Assembly: GCF_001194135.2 (NCBI RefSeq)
Contig: NC_069005.1
Location: 23,622,631 to 23,686,630, forward strand
DNA: 64,000 bases
Reading direction: 5' to 3'
Source: Octopus bimaculoides
Lineage: Eukaryota
Below, piece after piece: positions 35,835 through 48,964 of the stretch; the stretch's first letter is position 1, and every line of letters begins with the position of its first letter. Both the position numbers and the translations under genes were made by a program. The notes below the pieces were generated by a model. The model was given only the letters and a program-made list of their open reading frames with translations. It was not told the DNA's origin and did no database searches.

Positions 35835-36593
35835 TTACCTTGCTTTACAGAGATGTACCCTCCACTTGTTGAGTGTGGGTACCATCTTTTGAGTTAACAA
35901 ACCCAATCTGTGGTTCACTGTTCTATACTCAAAATTGTAACCATCAATTTCAGGAATGTGAAAGTATGCCCTCCACAAATTGCTGAAAATTGTGCTTCCT
36001 GGAAGAATCAAGTGACATATGCATTCTTCCAGTGTGTCACAATTCCAACGTGGCACTGCATAAAGGAAAACCTGTCTGGTCTCGTGTTTCACTCCTCTGA
36101 AAACCCACCGCTCAGGTTGGACCCTTCCTCTGTTGTACTTACCTCTTGAGAAGACTGTTTCATCGATCTCAACAATCTTCCCAGGACCACCAACTTTAAT
36201 TGGATGATAGAGCAGGTCCTCTGCGCATACTTCCCTAATATAGCTGTTATAATCAACAGCTGTGCAATGGTTCATCCCCAGTTCTTCAACATAAAACTGG
36301 ACTGATGTCAATTCCTTAACCTATGAGTAAAGGAAAAGCACTACTGTCCCAAGAGGAAAGATGTCACTTTCAAACCATGTGTCTTTCCTCACCGATACAA
36401 ACTCCATGCATCCTTGGTGCCAGCATCACCAATACATATTCTTGCCATGTTTTCTTGTACTCATAACATGCTTCTTCCTTTTGCATAATTTTCTTTTGGG
36501 AATAACACACTTTTCTTATAAGTACGACACAGCATCCTCCTCTGTTCTTAGTGTCTCCATCATAGATATGGAGTTACTGGAGCTTGCTGCCAT
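35835..36593 (-). pseudogene. Merlin (IS1016/IS1595-like DDE) transposase pseudogene
   Basis: GGPGKIVEIDETVFSRGKYNRGR...WVFRG...TL...ILPGSTIFSNLWRAY...TVNH motifs. The upstream frame continues through stops (C..C, VSVRKDTWFE) to an ATG at 36593. Confidence 0.88.
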
Positions 36594-38313
36594 AATCAAA
36601 CAGATCAGTAAAACTTCCAGGTGGGTAAAACAGTAGAACACAGCATCAGCAAATGGTTTCAATATATTTGCCAACATGTGCTTTCCTGCAGAGTTACAGA
36701 CACACAGACACACATATATATATACACACACACACATGTTGTTGTTGTTGGTTTTATCTTGTATCTGAGAATTTAGTTTCTTCTTTGCTGAATTCTTCCT
36801 TTATGGTGAAGCCATTGATGACTCTGTAGACCAATTCTTGCATAGGAGTGTCAATGGCATTGCCTTTATGGTAATGTTGGTGGAGGACGAGGTTGATTTT
36901 GTTGAGCCTTTCTCTCCTGTCATTTGATTTCTTCCTTTTCTCTTCTGATGGCTTCAAAAGTTTTTGGTTCTGATGGTGATGGAACACTGCCACTTGGAAC
37001 AGTTTCAAGCTTGTGTTTCAAATGATTTCAGTTGGTTCTTGTATCTTCGAAGAGTGTAACCCCAGAGTCTCTTCTCTGAAATGAGCTCACTGAATAAGAC
37101 TTGGCACAGGAACCTTGACTCTTTCATTCTTGCCACATGTCCTGACCATCAAAGATGGTGTGGACATTCCAGACTCCAACTGAAGAAGCAATTGGCTGCT
37201 AATGATCTGTGTATCTTGTTTTGTCCTGCTTGCCATTGTTGTGCTATCTTTCTTTTCCTGCTTGTTATGATTTCACGATTTCCATTTGTTGTGTTTTTTA
37301 TCTTTGATTTATATATATATATATATGCATACACACATATATATATAGTATAGTTGCAAGATTCGTAGGAATCTAGGTATATCAACATGAAAGACAACAG
37401 GATTGGTTGTTAGACAACTTACAGTTGTTGTGTGTTGGTAGTTCATCATAAGTATATATATATATATATATATGTATAAATAATACAGAATGGGACAAGG
37501 ACGCAAAACATACAAACAGTTAGGTGATACAAGAAAGGGACAAAGCATCCAGATGGACGATACAAGGAAACAAGGACAGGTCATTCGGAGATTTCTTTCC
37601 TCAGTCGAGATCCAGATTATCCTTGCAATTTTGGCTGGTTATTCTCGATATTGCTCCAATCTGGCCAGCCCCAAGGAAAAACTAAGCTAAGAGCATTAGA
37701 TTCCTTGGAAGAAAGCAGCAAATGTATACAAAAACAAGGACGGAAAAAAACCCCAAAAATGTTACACAAATACAATAAAAATAATAAAACAAGACATAAC
37801 AACAGGTGTCTTTTGACTAAGGACGAATTAAATTAATCTGGCGTTTGTGGAAATAAGGCCTTACGGTAGGGATACAAGATACACACACACACACACACAC
37901 ACATACACAAACACACATATATACAAATAAGTACCAAATCCAATATATATTGTAGATTCAATAGTCATGGTTCCAAGTGTAGCATACATATAAAGAAGAA
38001 CACAAAGGGGGTTTTAAATCCCCAACACCTGTTTCAGTGGCATATTACTGATGCATTCTTAGATTACATCATGGCAAAAATGCACAACCATCAGGTGTAC
38101 TTTAAACATATAAACCGGTAAAACAGAAATATAAGTTGATTAGTTCCCCAACAACCATGGTGAAGCAACCACAGGTGTGGCTTTGTGGTTAAGAAGATTG
38201 CTTCCCAGCTGCATGGTTCTGGGTTCAGTCCCATTGTGTGACTCCAAAGCCTCATGAGTGGATGTGGTAAATGGAAACTGAAAGAAGTCCATCCATCATA
38301 CACACACACACAC

Positions 38314-38349
<36 letters not shown>

Positions 38350-38447
38350 TATAATGTTAGGGAATTATAAAATCCAAACTTACAAGGAAATACAATTTAA
38401 TAATATGAAATTGAGTTGTATAATGAAAAATATTTTTTAATAATTTC

Positions 38448-38588
38448 GAGAAGAACCACCATGGTACAACTCACACGATTAAGGAGATCAGACACCTAGA
38501 TTTTTAAATTAGTATTTTGTAGAGTACGCTTTTCTTGATAGTGTCTGATCTCCTTCATTGTGTGAGTTGCACCATGGTGGTTCTTCTC
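38448..38588. repeat. Short fold-back, 48-bp arms
   Basis: GAGAAGAACCACCATGGTACAACTCACAC..GGAGATCAGACAC / GTGTCTGATCTCC..GTGTGAGTTGCACCATGGTGGTTCTTCTC. Confidence 0.85.
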
Positions 38589-39533
38589 TTAATTATTAAT
38601 ATATNNNNNNNNNNNNNNNNNNNNNNNNNNNNNNNNNNNNNNNNNNNNNNNNNNNNNNNNNNNNNNNNNNNNNNNNNNNNNNNNNNNNNNNNNNNNNNNN
38701 NNNNNNNNNNNNNNNNNNNNNNNNNNNNNNNNNNNNNNNNNNNNNNNNNNNNNNNNNNNNNNNNNNNNNNNNNNNNNNNNNNNNNNNNNNNNNNNNNNNN
38801 NNNNNNNNNNNNNNNNNNNNNNNNNNNNNNNNNNNNNNNNNNNNNNNNNNNNNNNNNNNNNNNNNNNNNNNNNNNNNNNNNNNNNNNNNNNNNNNNNNNN
38901 NNNNNNNNAATTGGTTGTCCTAAAAGTTGTCGATAGCTAATGTAAGCAAGGTAAAAATATATTCTGATCTTCAAAACAGGCTTGGTTTAAGTTTTACATC
39001 CGTGTTTACACTATATAATGTATATGTAAGATTCATTGTCGTCGGGGGGTGAAACCGGTTGAGTAGATGAGTATTTTGGAAAAATGGGTGCATTTTCAAA
39101 CCTTCTTTCATATATATTTCCACTCGTACGGTATTCCACAACTTTACTTTATTATATATATATATATATACACAAATAATAAATGAGTATATGCATATAT
39201 ACGTACATGTATGTACATACCTACATCTACCTGTATATATAGATGCATATCTGGGTACAGGACGTTGCAAACAAAACATAGACAAAATGATAAACAGAGT
39301 ACAGAAAACACACAGGCCACATAGAGAACATTTTCCTTCATCAGCTGCCACCATTCTAACTCTGGTGTTTCGAAGAGTTAGGGCATATATATATCACTTA
39401 GGTATTGTGATACTAATAACCTGGTGTAGAAGTCAATATAAATATGCTTCAGAATGAAGTGTTAGTCGAGTACAGAGCAGTAATACGAGAATGAGATGAC
39501 ATAAGTATAAACAAATATCTTATGAACTTCATT

Positions 39534-39614
39534 AGCTTACAGCTGTTTCTGCTATGAGATGCAGTAGACTCATAGTTGAGTGCCTGAGTGACACCTAACA
39601 GTTTCATAGGAGCC
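39534..39614 (-). ncRNA. Decayed inverted copy of the 39807 hammerhead family
   Basis: GGCT-CCTATGA...CATCTCATAGC-A-GAA-ACAGCTGT-A-AGCT; core mutated. Confidence 0.45.
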
Positions 39615-39806
39615 TCAAACATGAAGTGCATTTCATGTTTGAGGCTAATGAAGTTCATATGATAATTGTTTATTCCTTTGTCATCTCATTTTTCCTTCTA
39701 CTTTGGGATAGAACTTCCCATAACCTTCAACATAAACTTTCTCACTCATAACACCTGTATGTTCTGAAAATGTAACTTACCCCAAAAAAGTGCACTTCAT
39801 ATACAA

Positions 39807-39887
39807 GGCTCTGATGAAGCTATAAGATGTTAATCTGGTACTCAACTAAGAGTCCACGACATCTTATTGCAGAAACAGCTGTAAGTT
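39807..39887 (+). ncRNA. Hammerhead motif with long stem II and an 8-bp palindromic stem III
   Basis: GGCT-CTGATGA-A-GCTATAAGATGT~ACATCTTATTGC-A-GAA-ACAGCTGT-A-AGTT. Confidence 0.6.
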
Positions 39888-40130
39888 CATTAAATAACAT
39901 TTGATTTTTTTCTGGTGTCATCTTTTTGTTTATATATATATATATGTTCATATAATGATATCTCCACAATGTATTGGTGAGATAAACATGTCATCGTTAC
40001 CAAAATAGCAACATATTTTACTTATTTAACTTGAATTGACAATTAAATATAACCTTATACAGAAATGTTGACATAGGTAATAAACTTCAATAATAATGGA
40101 TATTAGACTCAAAACTCTCATTTAAATTTT

Positions 40131-40187
<57 letters not shown>

Positions 40188-40273
40188 CAGTAAACCATAA
40201 ATCCGAAAGAGAAGCACACTCTAAGTTATAGAGCACTAGAGTAATTAGATAAAGATAATTATAGCCAGTCTGT

Positions 40274-40332
40274 GAGTTACCTTGGGTTTCACATTCATAA
40301 AGCACTTAGCTTTACAGCATTTCTTCAGACCC
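40274..40332 (-). ncRNA. Degenerate hammerhead motif
   Basis: GGGT-CTGAAGA...TAAAGC(TAAGT)GCTTTA...-GAA-ACC(CAA)GGT-A-ACTC; base of stem II poorly paired. Confidence 0.45.
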
Positions 40333-41029
40333 TAGTGGCTGGTGGCCTATTACCCTTCCTCAAAGTGGTTGTATATATTGTGGGTTTGAGTTTAAGCTGC
40401 ATCTGCTAGTGGTGCCTCGATTTAAGAAGGTCTTGAGAAGTGTGGGACCACCTCTTAGCTATGTTTAAGAAGCTAAGCTTATGATCTCTGAATTGCTAGG
40501 ACTACAAGCAGAGCGTTATATGTGTCACAATGGAACAACAACTATGATGTAAACAGTAAACGTTGTTGTATGTCCAAGGTCAGCTTTAACCCAGCCGACT
40601 GATGACCAAAGATATTCCCACCATGATTATTTCATCTTTTATTCAGACATAGTGTATCAGGGACTACACTATCTAATGTAGCCTTTTTTTTTTTATTAAG
40701 GTAGAGTGTATCTATGACTACTTTATCTGCTGTGTCCTGTCATTTGTTAGACATAGTATATCTAGGACAATATTATTCAATGTGTCCCCTTTTTAGATGA
40801 TTTGAGTGATATTTCTTGCAGGTTGAGTGACCTTGAGGAACAGTAGTTCCCAATCAGGGTCTGTATGGTCCTTTGGGGTCCATATAAGATTCTGTAGGGT
40901 CCACACAAGCAAAATAGTCAATTGGTTTGATTGAAGAATTTTAGGGGTCCACGAAAACTTTTTGCTTTAGATGTAATTATTGTAAGAAACAGCTCGGTTT
41001 CTTTCATTGATGTTTTACATAGATCAGCC

Positions 41030-41247
41030 TGCATAACTCTTTTACTCTTTTACTTGTTTCAGTCTTTTGACTACGACCATGCTGGAGCACCACCTTTAGT
41101 CGAGCAAATCGACCCCAGGACTTATTCTTTGGAAGCCTAATACTTATTCTATCGGTCTCTTTTGCCGGACCACTAACTTACAGGGACGTAAACACACCAC
41201 CATTGGTTGTCAAGCGATGTTGGGGGAACAAACACAGACACACAAAC

Positions 41248-41300
<53 letters not shown>

Positions 41301-41495
41301 NNNNNNNNNNATATATATATATACATACATATATACGACGGGCTTCTTTCAGTTTCCGTCTACCAAATCCACTCACAAGGCTTTGGTCAGCCCGAGGCTA
41401 TTCTAGAAGACACTTGCCCAAGGTGCTACGCAGTGGGAATGAACCTGGAACCATGTGGTTGGTAAGCAAACTACTTACCACACAGCCACTCCTGT
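41030..41495 (-). mobile_element. Full-length family D SINE
   Basis: Collinear with 48965-49365; 10-bp N gap in the internal (TA)n. Confidence 0.85.
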
Positions 41496-42181
41496 GCCAA
41501 GTTAATGCATAAGTTAATGTGTAATAAATAAAATAGGGATTTTGAATGAATTAATCTACAAAACTAGTTTCTCAACAGCTGTGGGGAATCCACCAGAATA
41601 AAATAGTAATCAAAGGTAAAAAATGATTGAGAATCCCTGATGCAGAAGGATCCTCTATTGGTCATGATAATAATGATGATGATGAAGTGGCTGCTGCTGT
41701 TAGAAATGGTGGTGGTTTTGATGTCTCACTCAAGCTTTGCTTTTATAGGCAACTCACTGTTAACAACAACAACAACAACAACAACAACACTAATAATTAT
41801 AAGGAATTCCCTCCAGAATTATGCAATAATTACAACAAAAAAAAAAAAAAATTGCGAATCCATTATTTTAAATATTTTAATATTTTAAAGAATTTCAAAT
41901 AGTAAAAACAAAAAACAAAATATTTTTCTTTGAATAATGTCAAGATGTTTGTGTGTGTATGTGTGTGTATGTGTGTATGTTCGTGGCTGTGCATGTGCTT
42001 GCACGTGTGCGTGTGTGCACTTGCATTGTGTGCATCTGTTATGCTGTATGTGTCTGTTGTGTACATGTGTGTGCATGTATACACACATTCACATATATAT
42101 ATAGTTGTGAGCAACTCTGTATGTGTGTGTGTGTGTTTGCATATATATATGTATGTTTGTATGTATATATCTATATGTCTA

Positions 42182-42225
<44 letters not shown>

Positions 42226-42240
42226 AATCTATCTATCTAT

Positions 42241-42280
<40 letters not shown>

Positions 42281-42941
42281 NNNNNNNNNNNNNNNNNNNN
42301 NNNNNNNNNNNNNNNNNNNNNNNNNNNNNNNNNNNNNNNNNNNNNNNNNNNNNNNNNNNNNNNNNNNNNNNNNNNNNNNNNNNNNNNNNNNNNNNNNNNN
42401 NNNNNNNNNNNNNNNNNNNNNNNNNNNNNNNNNNNNNNNNNNNNNNNNNNNNNNNNNNNNNNNNNNNNNNNNNNNNNNNNNNNNNNNNNNNNNNNNNNNN
42501 NNNNNNNNNNNNNNNNNNNNNNNNNNNNNNNNNNNNNNNNNNNNNNNNNNNNNNNNNNNNNNNNNNNNNNNNNNNNNNNNNNNNNNNNNNNNNNNNNNNN
42601 NNNNNNNNNNNNNNNNNNNNNNNNNNNNNNNNNNNNNNNNNNNNNNNNNNNNNNNNNNNNNNNNNNNNNNNNNNNNNNNNNNNNNNNNNNNNNNNNNNNN
42701 NNNNNNNNNNNNNNNNNNNNNNNNNNNNNNNNNNNNNNNNNNNNNNNNNNNNNNNNNNNNNNNNNNNNNNNNNNNNNNNNNNNNNNNNNNNNNNNNNNNN
42801 NNNNNNNNNNNNNNNNNNNNNNNNNNNNNNNNNNNNNNNNNNNNNNNNNNNNNNNNNNNNNNNNNNNNNNNNNNNNNNNNNNNNNNNNNNNNNNNNNNNN
42901 NNNNNNNNNNNNNNNNNNNNNNNNNNNNNNNNNNNNNNNNN
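42281..42941. other. Assembly gap (largest of 12 N runs)
   Basis: Other gaps start near 4638, 25305, 38605, 41301, 45468, 49398, 52117, 53406, 59450, 61028 and 62832. Most abut microsatellites. Confidence 0.98.
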
Positions 42942-43139
42942 NGGGGGAATAGAAAGAAAAAAGGAAAAGGGGGAAAATACCAAAAACAAAAAAAAAAAGC
43001 AACAAATAATCAGGAAGAAATGTCTGTCTATAGAAATGGTAAAGATGTTGCTGACATGTCCATTATTAGGAATTCATCAAAAAACATCATGTATTTCAGA
43101 ATATTTTCTCAAAGAAATTTTCCCTTGATCAATTGGTTT

Positions 43140-43730
43140 TACGTATATACACACATATATATATATATTTGCATGTATGTATGTATGTATGTATGTATGT
43201 ATGTATGTATGTATGTATGTGCGTGTGTGTATATATGCATGCATGAATGTGTGTATACATGTATGTATGTATGTATGTATGTATGTATGTATGTGTATAT
43301 ATATGTATATATATGTATGTGTGTATGTATGTAGGTGTGTATGTGTGTGTGTGTATGTATGTGTGCATGCATGTGTGTATACCTGTATGTATGTATGTAT
43401 GTATGTATGTATGTATGTATATATGTATGTATGTATGTATTTATATCTGCATGTATGCATGTTTGTATATATGCATTATGTGCATATGTATGTGTGTATG
43501 TGTGTGTTTATGTATATATGTATGTATGTATATATGTACGCGTGTGACTGTATGTATGCATGTATGCATGTCTGTATACAGACACACACATACACACACA
43601 CACGCACACTCATATGCACAGTCACACACATACACACATATATATATATGTGTGTATATGCGCACGTGTGTGCATCTGTGTCTACATGTGTGTGAGTGTG
43701 TGTGTGTGTGTGTGTGTGTTTGTATGTGTG
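43140..43730. repeat. (ATGT)n/(GT)n compound microsatellite
   Basis: Seen directly; many similar tracts occur across the window. Confidence 0.95.
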
Positions 43731-44256
43731 TAATATTTATGTATATTATATAATGACATCCGTTTCCTTTGTCTTTGGTATCTCTGTTGCAAAATTTTTG
43801 CTGGGTAAAGATTTTTAAAATGGCAATGGAAATCAAGAAGCACCAGTATTTTCTAGAATATCTAAAGATTACCTGAAGCACCTGTGGACAATTGAAAATT
43901 TTAACATTTATCTGCTTGTATGATTCTTACTTAACACACACACACACACACACACACACAAATGCACATTTTTATATTTCACTCCTCAAATGCTTCACGT
44001 CACAAACACTCTGCTAAATCTCTCACTCACTCAACTAATACTCTTCTAATGAAAGACAGAACACACACAGACAAACACACACATACATATATATAAGATA
44101 AACTTACTTGGAAATGGATGCATGGAATTCAATCAAATAATAATATAAATAATATATATATAATAATATAAAAAATATATATATGGCAGTGCCCCAGGAT
44201 GGCCACAGCTCATGAGCTGAAACTAGATAAAATGAAATAAAATAAAATGAAATATA

Positions 44257-44323
<67 letters not shown>

Positions 44324-44371
44324 GAATATATATATGTGTGTGTGTGTGTGTGTATACATATACATATATGA

Positions 44372-45373
44372 GTACAGGACGTCACCAACAGTAAACAACA
44401 CGAAATACGAAAACAAATGAGTTAAATACGCAAACAACGAGAGAAACAAATGGAAAACAGGACAAGTGACATAAAGAATGACCCTTCATCAGTTGTCGGC
44501 TGTCTTTCTACTCCTCATTTCGAGCATTGAATGACAATATAAGACTTTGAAGACAGTTGCTCCCAGTACCAAAATAAAATTTGGGATTTATGGAGGGTCA
44601 AAGTTAGGAACAAGAACAGAACAGTGGAGACATATAAAGGAAGCCAAACGAAAACAAACATGGAGAGTCTTTAGACCAGAACGAGAGTAAAATAGCGAAC
44701 GGTGGAGAAATACTTTCTTTGACAAGAGAAAAGATAGAAGAGAGAGAGATAGGATACGTCTAGTCTTTAGGACAGTCCTGAAAGAAAAGAAAGATGATCA
44801 CATGAGGAAAAGAAAGATGGACGATGGTCATGTGTGAGCAACGAGAGAGAGAAAAGGAGAAAGAGGGAGAGAGAGAGAGATAGATAGAAAATGGTGAAGA
44901 GGAGAGAAAAGGGAATTAGAGAAAAGATGAGAGAGAAAAAATGTGGGAGAAAACAGTATAGCATAGAGTTGCATCATGTGATCATCTTTTTTTCTTTCAG
45001 GACTGTATTAAGGACTGGATGTATCCTATCTCTCTCTTCTATCTTTTCTCTTGTCAAAGAAAATATTTCTTCAGCGTTTGCTATTTTACCCTTGTTCTGG
45101 TGTAATGACCCTCCATGTTTGGTTTCGTTCAGTTTCCTTGTATGTCTCCACTGTCCTGTTTTTGTTCCCAACTTTGACCCTCCATAAATCTCAAATTTTA
45201 TTTTGGTACTTATGGGATCAACTGTCTTCGAAGACTCATATTGTCGTTCAATGCTCGAAATGAGGAGTAGATAGACAGTGAACAACTGATGAAGGGTTGT
45301 TCTTTATGTTACTTGTCCTGTTTTCCATTTGTTTCTCATTGTTTGCTTATTTCCTGTTGGTGACATCCTGTAC
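44372..45373. repeat. Long fold-back repeat (arms ~430 and ~400 bp)
   Basis: 44372-44805 is the diverged reverse complement of 44974-45373. A third partial copy lies at ~45990-46290. Confidence 0.8.
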
Positions 45374-46699
45374 CCATACATGCATATGTATATATATATA
45401 TATTTATATGCATATATGGCTACAAGATATCACATCCATTTCCAAATAAGTTTTATCTTAATAATTCNNNNNNNNNNNNNNNNNNNNNNNNNNNNNNNNN
45501 NNNNNNNNNNNNNNNNNNNNNNNNNNNNNNNNNNNNNNNNNNNNNNNNNNNNTATATATATATAAACTTACTTGGAAATGGATGCGTGGCGTACAGTCAT
45601 ATAATAATATAAATAAAATATATATGTATATGTACATATATAAACATAATTAAGGGATCAGCAACAGTTGCTTCACCACATACCGAAGTTCAGAAATAGC
45701 AGCTTATATACATACATATATATGTATATATATATATATTTATATGCATATATGGCTACAAGATATCACATCCATTTCCAAATAAGTTTTATCTTAATAA
45801 TTCCAATGCGACACTCCTATCACTATCTCTATTCTCCCTCTCTTCTTCTTCTTCTTTCTTTCTTTCTTTCTTCTTTTCTCTCCCACCCCTTCTCTAATTC
45901 TTCTCCTTTCCCTTCACTGTTCTCTGTCTGTCCCTCTCTCTCCTTCACTCTTCCTCTTGCTTGCTCCTTGACTCTCTCGTTGCTCACATGTGACCAGTGG
46001 CTATCTTTCTTTCTTCTCCTTATGCTACAAGAGACAACACACATTTTTGCCTGTCTCCTGTCAAAGCTTGTTTCTCCAGCGTTTACCACTTCATCTCGCT
46101 ATGGCTTAACAGCCCTTATTGTTTGTTTTAACTGTCCTGTTTTTATTACCACCTTAATCTTCCGAAAATCCCAAATTTTATTTAATTTGCTTTGTGGGAA
46201 CGACTGTTTTGATGAAAACACATCTTGTCCTAACAGTTGAAATGTGGAGTACATAAAACAGGGGACAACTGATGAAGGGATTGCTCGTTATACTGCCTAT
46301 ATCGTTTCTCTATTTGTTTCTTTTGTTATTCGAAAAAAAAGTTCGTTTTCCATGTTTTTGTTTTTCCTGTTCTCATTTTTCATATGCATATATATATTAT
46401 TTATATTATTATATATGTCTGCTCCGGCACCTCGTCAGTTAATAACTGATGAAATCTGAGTTTTATTATGGCAACCGACTAATTGTCACATAATATATTA
46501 TATATAAATTCTTGTATTTACATAATATTGAGGTCTCATTCTTTCTTTTGTTGTCATATTATTATTTGTAATATATGTGTGCGCGCGTGTGTCTGTGTGT
46601 CTGTGTGTGTGTATGTATATCTATATATATGTATATATATGTGTGTGTGTATACATATATGTTATATGTATGTATGTACATATGTATATAAAAAAAGCA

Positions 46700-46895
46700 T
46701 TGATACTGGTGTCACATAAAGAGCACCCAGTACACTTTATAAAGTGGTTGGCATTAGGAAGTGCATCCACCTGTAGAAACCAAGCCAAAAAAGACTATGG
46801 AGCCTAGTGTGGTCCCTAATTTTGCCAGTAACTGTCAAGCCATCCAACCCATGCCAGCATGGAAAGTGGACATCAAATGACAATAAGGATGAGGA
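46700..46895 (+). mobile_element. RTE 3' end (diverged)
   Basis: Tail motifs. Confidence 0.7.
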
Positions 46896-47323
46896 TGACA
46901 TATATTTGCAGAGGAGATGAAATTCGAAAAGCCCGCCTCTTACATAGACACATAAGTGTGAACAATTCTATGTACTATGCTGGATACATTTGGTGTTTGT
47001 CTGGTATGTTGATTTTTTTTGTTCATTTTTACAAGTTCAGGTTTATGCCTGTAATTATTGAGGCCCTGGGATATGTAACACACTGCCTAAATACCAATCT
47101 TGAGAAATTAGGCTTCTCAAATCCAGAAAGTAGAAGGCTGTTTTGAAGGCTACTGATCCAGTCCATCACTGAAATTGTAAAAATCTGTACAACTTTCCAG
47201 AAGTTTATCATTTAAATATATATGAGTATGCCTAGATATGCAAATATATGCATGAGAATACATACATAAAACAGAACATACAAATCTGCACACATACATA
47301 CATACATACATACATAAATACAA

Positions 47324-47355
<32 letters not shown>

Positions 47356-48029
47356 ACATACATACATACATACATACATACATACATACATACATAGAAA
47401 CAAAAATACCATTGTTGATGTTGAAATTCTACTGAAGGAGTCTTGAATCTAGGTTAGAAACCGACTCCTTCTCTATTGGCAAGAACTCTAGAAATAAAAC
47501 TGAACAATGACATACATACACACACACATACACACACACGCACACACACACACACACACACAAACATACATACACATACATACATACATTCATACATAGA
47601 CATATATAGTATGTATGAAAATTAAGATGAATATAAAAATCTCTGTTTCTCTATCCCTTTCTCTCTCTCCCTCTCTCCCCCTCTCTCTCTCTCTCTCTCT
47701 CTCTCCACACATACACACACATATATACATCAAATATTGCTGTTACAGCTTCAAGTGTTTTCTGTATGGCGTGTGAAGAAGTCGATTGTCATCTCCCCCC
47801 ATTCATCCATACATACTCATCAGTCACTGACTACCTTTATGATCTCTCACTACAGCATTGAATGGGACACAAGATGCATTCTTGAGTGCCTTCTTACATT
47901 TTACAGATACAGGATGGACAGGAATGCATTACCTTCAATCACAGGTCTGATCAATTTTAGGTGATATCATACAATATAACAACAAACAGCAGATACTTTA
48001 TTTTTAAACAAGGCATATAGAAAATTATT

Positions 48030-48525
48030 TTGTTACTAATATTGTGCTTGATGCCAGTGTCATGTAACTGGCATCTTTCGAATGTTGGGCAATATGCTGT
48101 ACTTGAGAAGACCCATTAAGCCAAGTGAAATTGTAGTCTTGGCTGATGCCTGTGTCGTGTAACTTGCATTTGTGCTGGTGGCACGTGAAAAGCACCTTTT
48201 GAATGTTGGGCCTCATGGAGGTGGTGGAAAGTGGCTGAGACCTTTGGCAATAAACTGTGCTTGAGAAGACCTGTCAAACCAAGTGGGATCATAATCGTGG
48301 TTGATACTGGTGTTACGTCACTGGCACCTGTACCGGTGGCACATAAAAAGCACCCACTACACTCTTGGAGTGGTTGGCATTAGGAAGGGCATCCAGCTGT
48401 AGAAGCCATGCCAAATCAGATTAGGACCTGGTGCAGCTTCCCAGCTTACCAGTTTTTAGTCAAACTGTCCAACCCATGCCAGCATGGAAAATGAATGTTA
48501 AATGATAACGATGATGACGATGATG
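48030..48525 (+). mobile_element. RTE 3' end, long form
   Basis: Repeated GCTGTACTTGAGAAGACC blocks, modules and tail. Confidence 0.8.
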
Positions 48526-48660
48526 CATGTGGTAGGAGAATATTGTAGTTCGCTTGTAAAGAATAAAAAGTTTAGAATGGTACAACAATGCACTATAAAA
48601 CAAAAAATGGACTATATACCTGTTGTAATTTGGTTGTCTATAGTCCGATGATGTGCAGAA

Positions 48661-48697
48661 GATCTGAAGAAGGAATTGTAATTTCAAAACATTAATC
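48661..48697 (+). ncRNA. Decayed hammerhead, same family as 3354
   Basis: GAT-CTGAAGA-A-GGAATT(GT)AATTTC-AAAACATTAATC; G12 and stem III mutated. Confidence 0.45.
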
Positions 48698-48964
48698 GGA
48701 CTATAGATAACCAAATTACAACAGGTATATAGTCCATTTTTTGTTTTATGAATGTGGTGTTTAAAGTTGTGAGCTAGCAGAATTGCTAACATACCAGGCA
48801 AAATGCTTAGCGACATCTTGTCTGTTTTTATGTTTCTAGTTCAAATTCTGCCCTAGGTCACCTCTGCCTTTTACCCTTTTGGGGTCGATAGAATAAGTAC
48901 TTGTTGAGCATCGGGGTCATTGTAATTCTGACTAGCCTGCTCCTCCTAAATTTCAGGCTTTGTG

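Noticed and set aside
36754-37008. 84-aa minus-strand ORF next to the Merlin remnant
   Set aside because: No recognisable motif; probably a fragment of an unclassified repeat.
37585-37620. CTGAGGAA..CCGAAT on the minus strand
   Set aside because: Lacks A15.1 and convincing stems I and III; too decayed to call.
44484-44530. CGAAA...CTGATGA arrangement (also ~45250-45295, ~39335-39375, ~46265)
   Set aside because: No stem III or NUH and no stem II complementarity in any hammerhead topology.
45375-45803. ~90-bp direct duplication either side of the 45468-45551 gap
   Set aside because: Near-identical sequence flanking a gap is typical of an unmerged contig overlap or allelic duplication.
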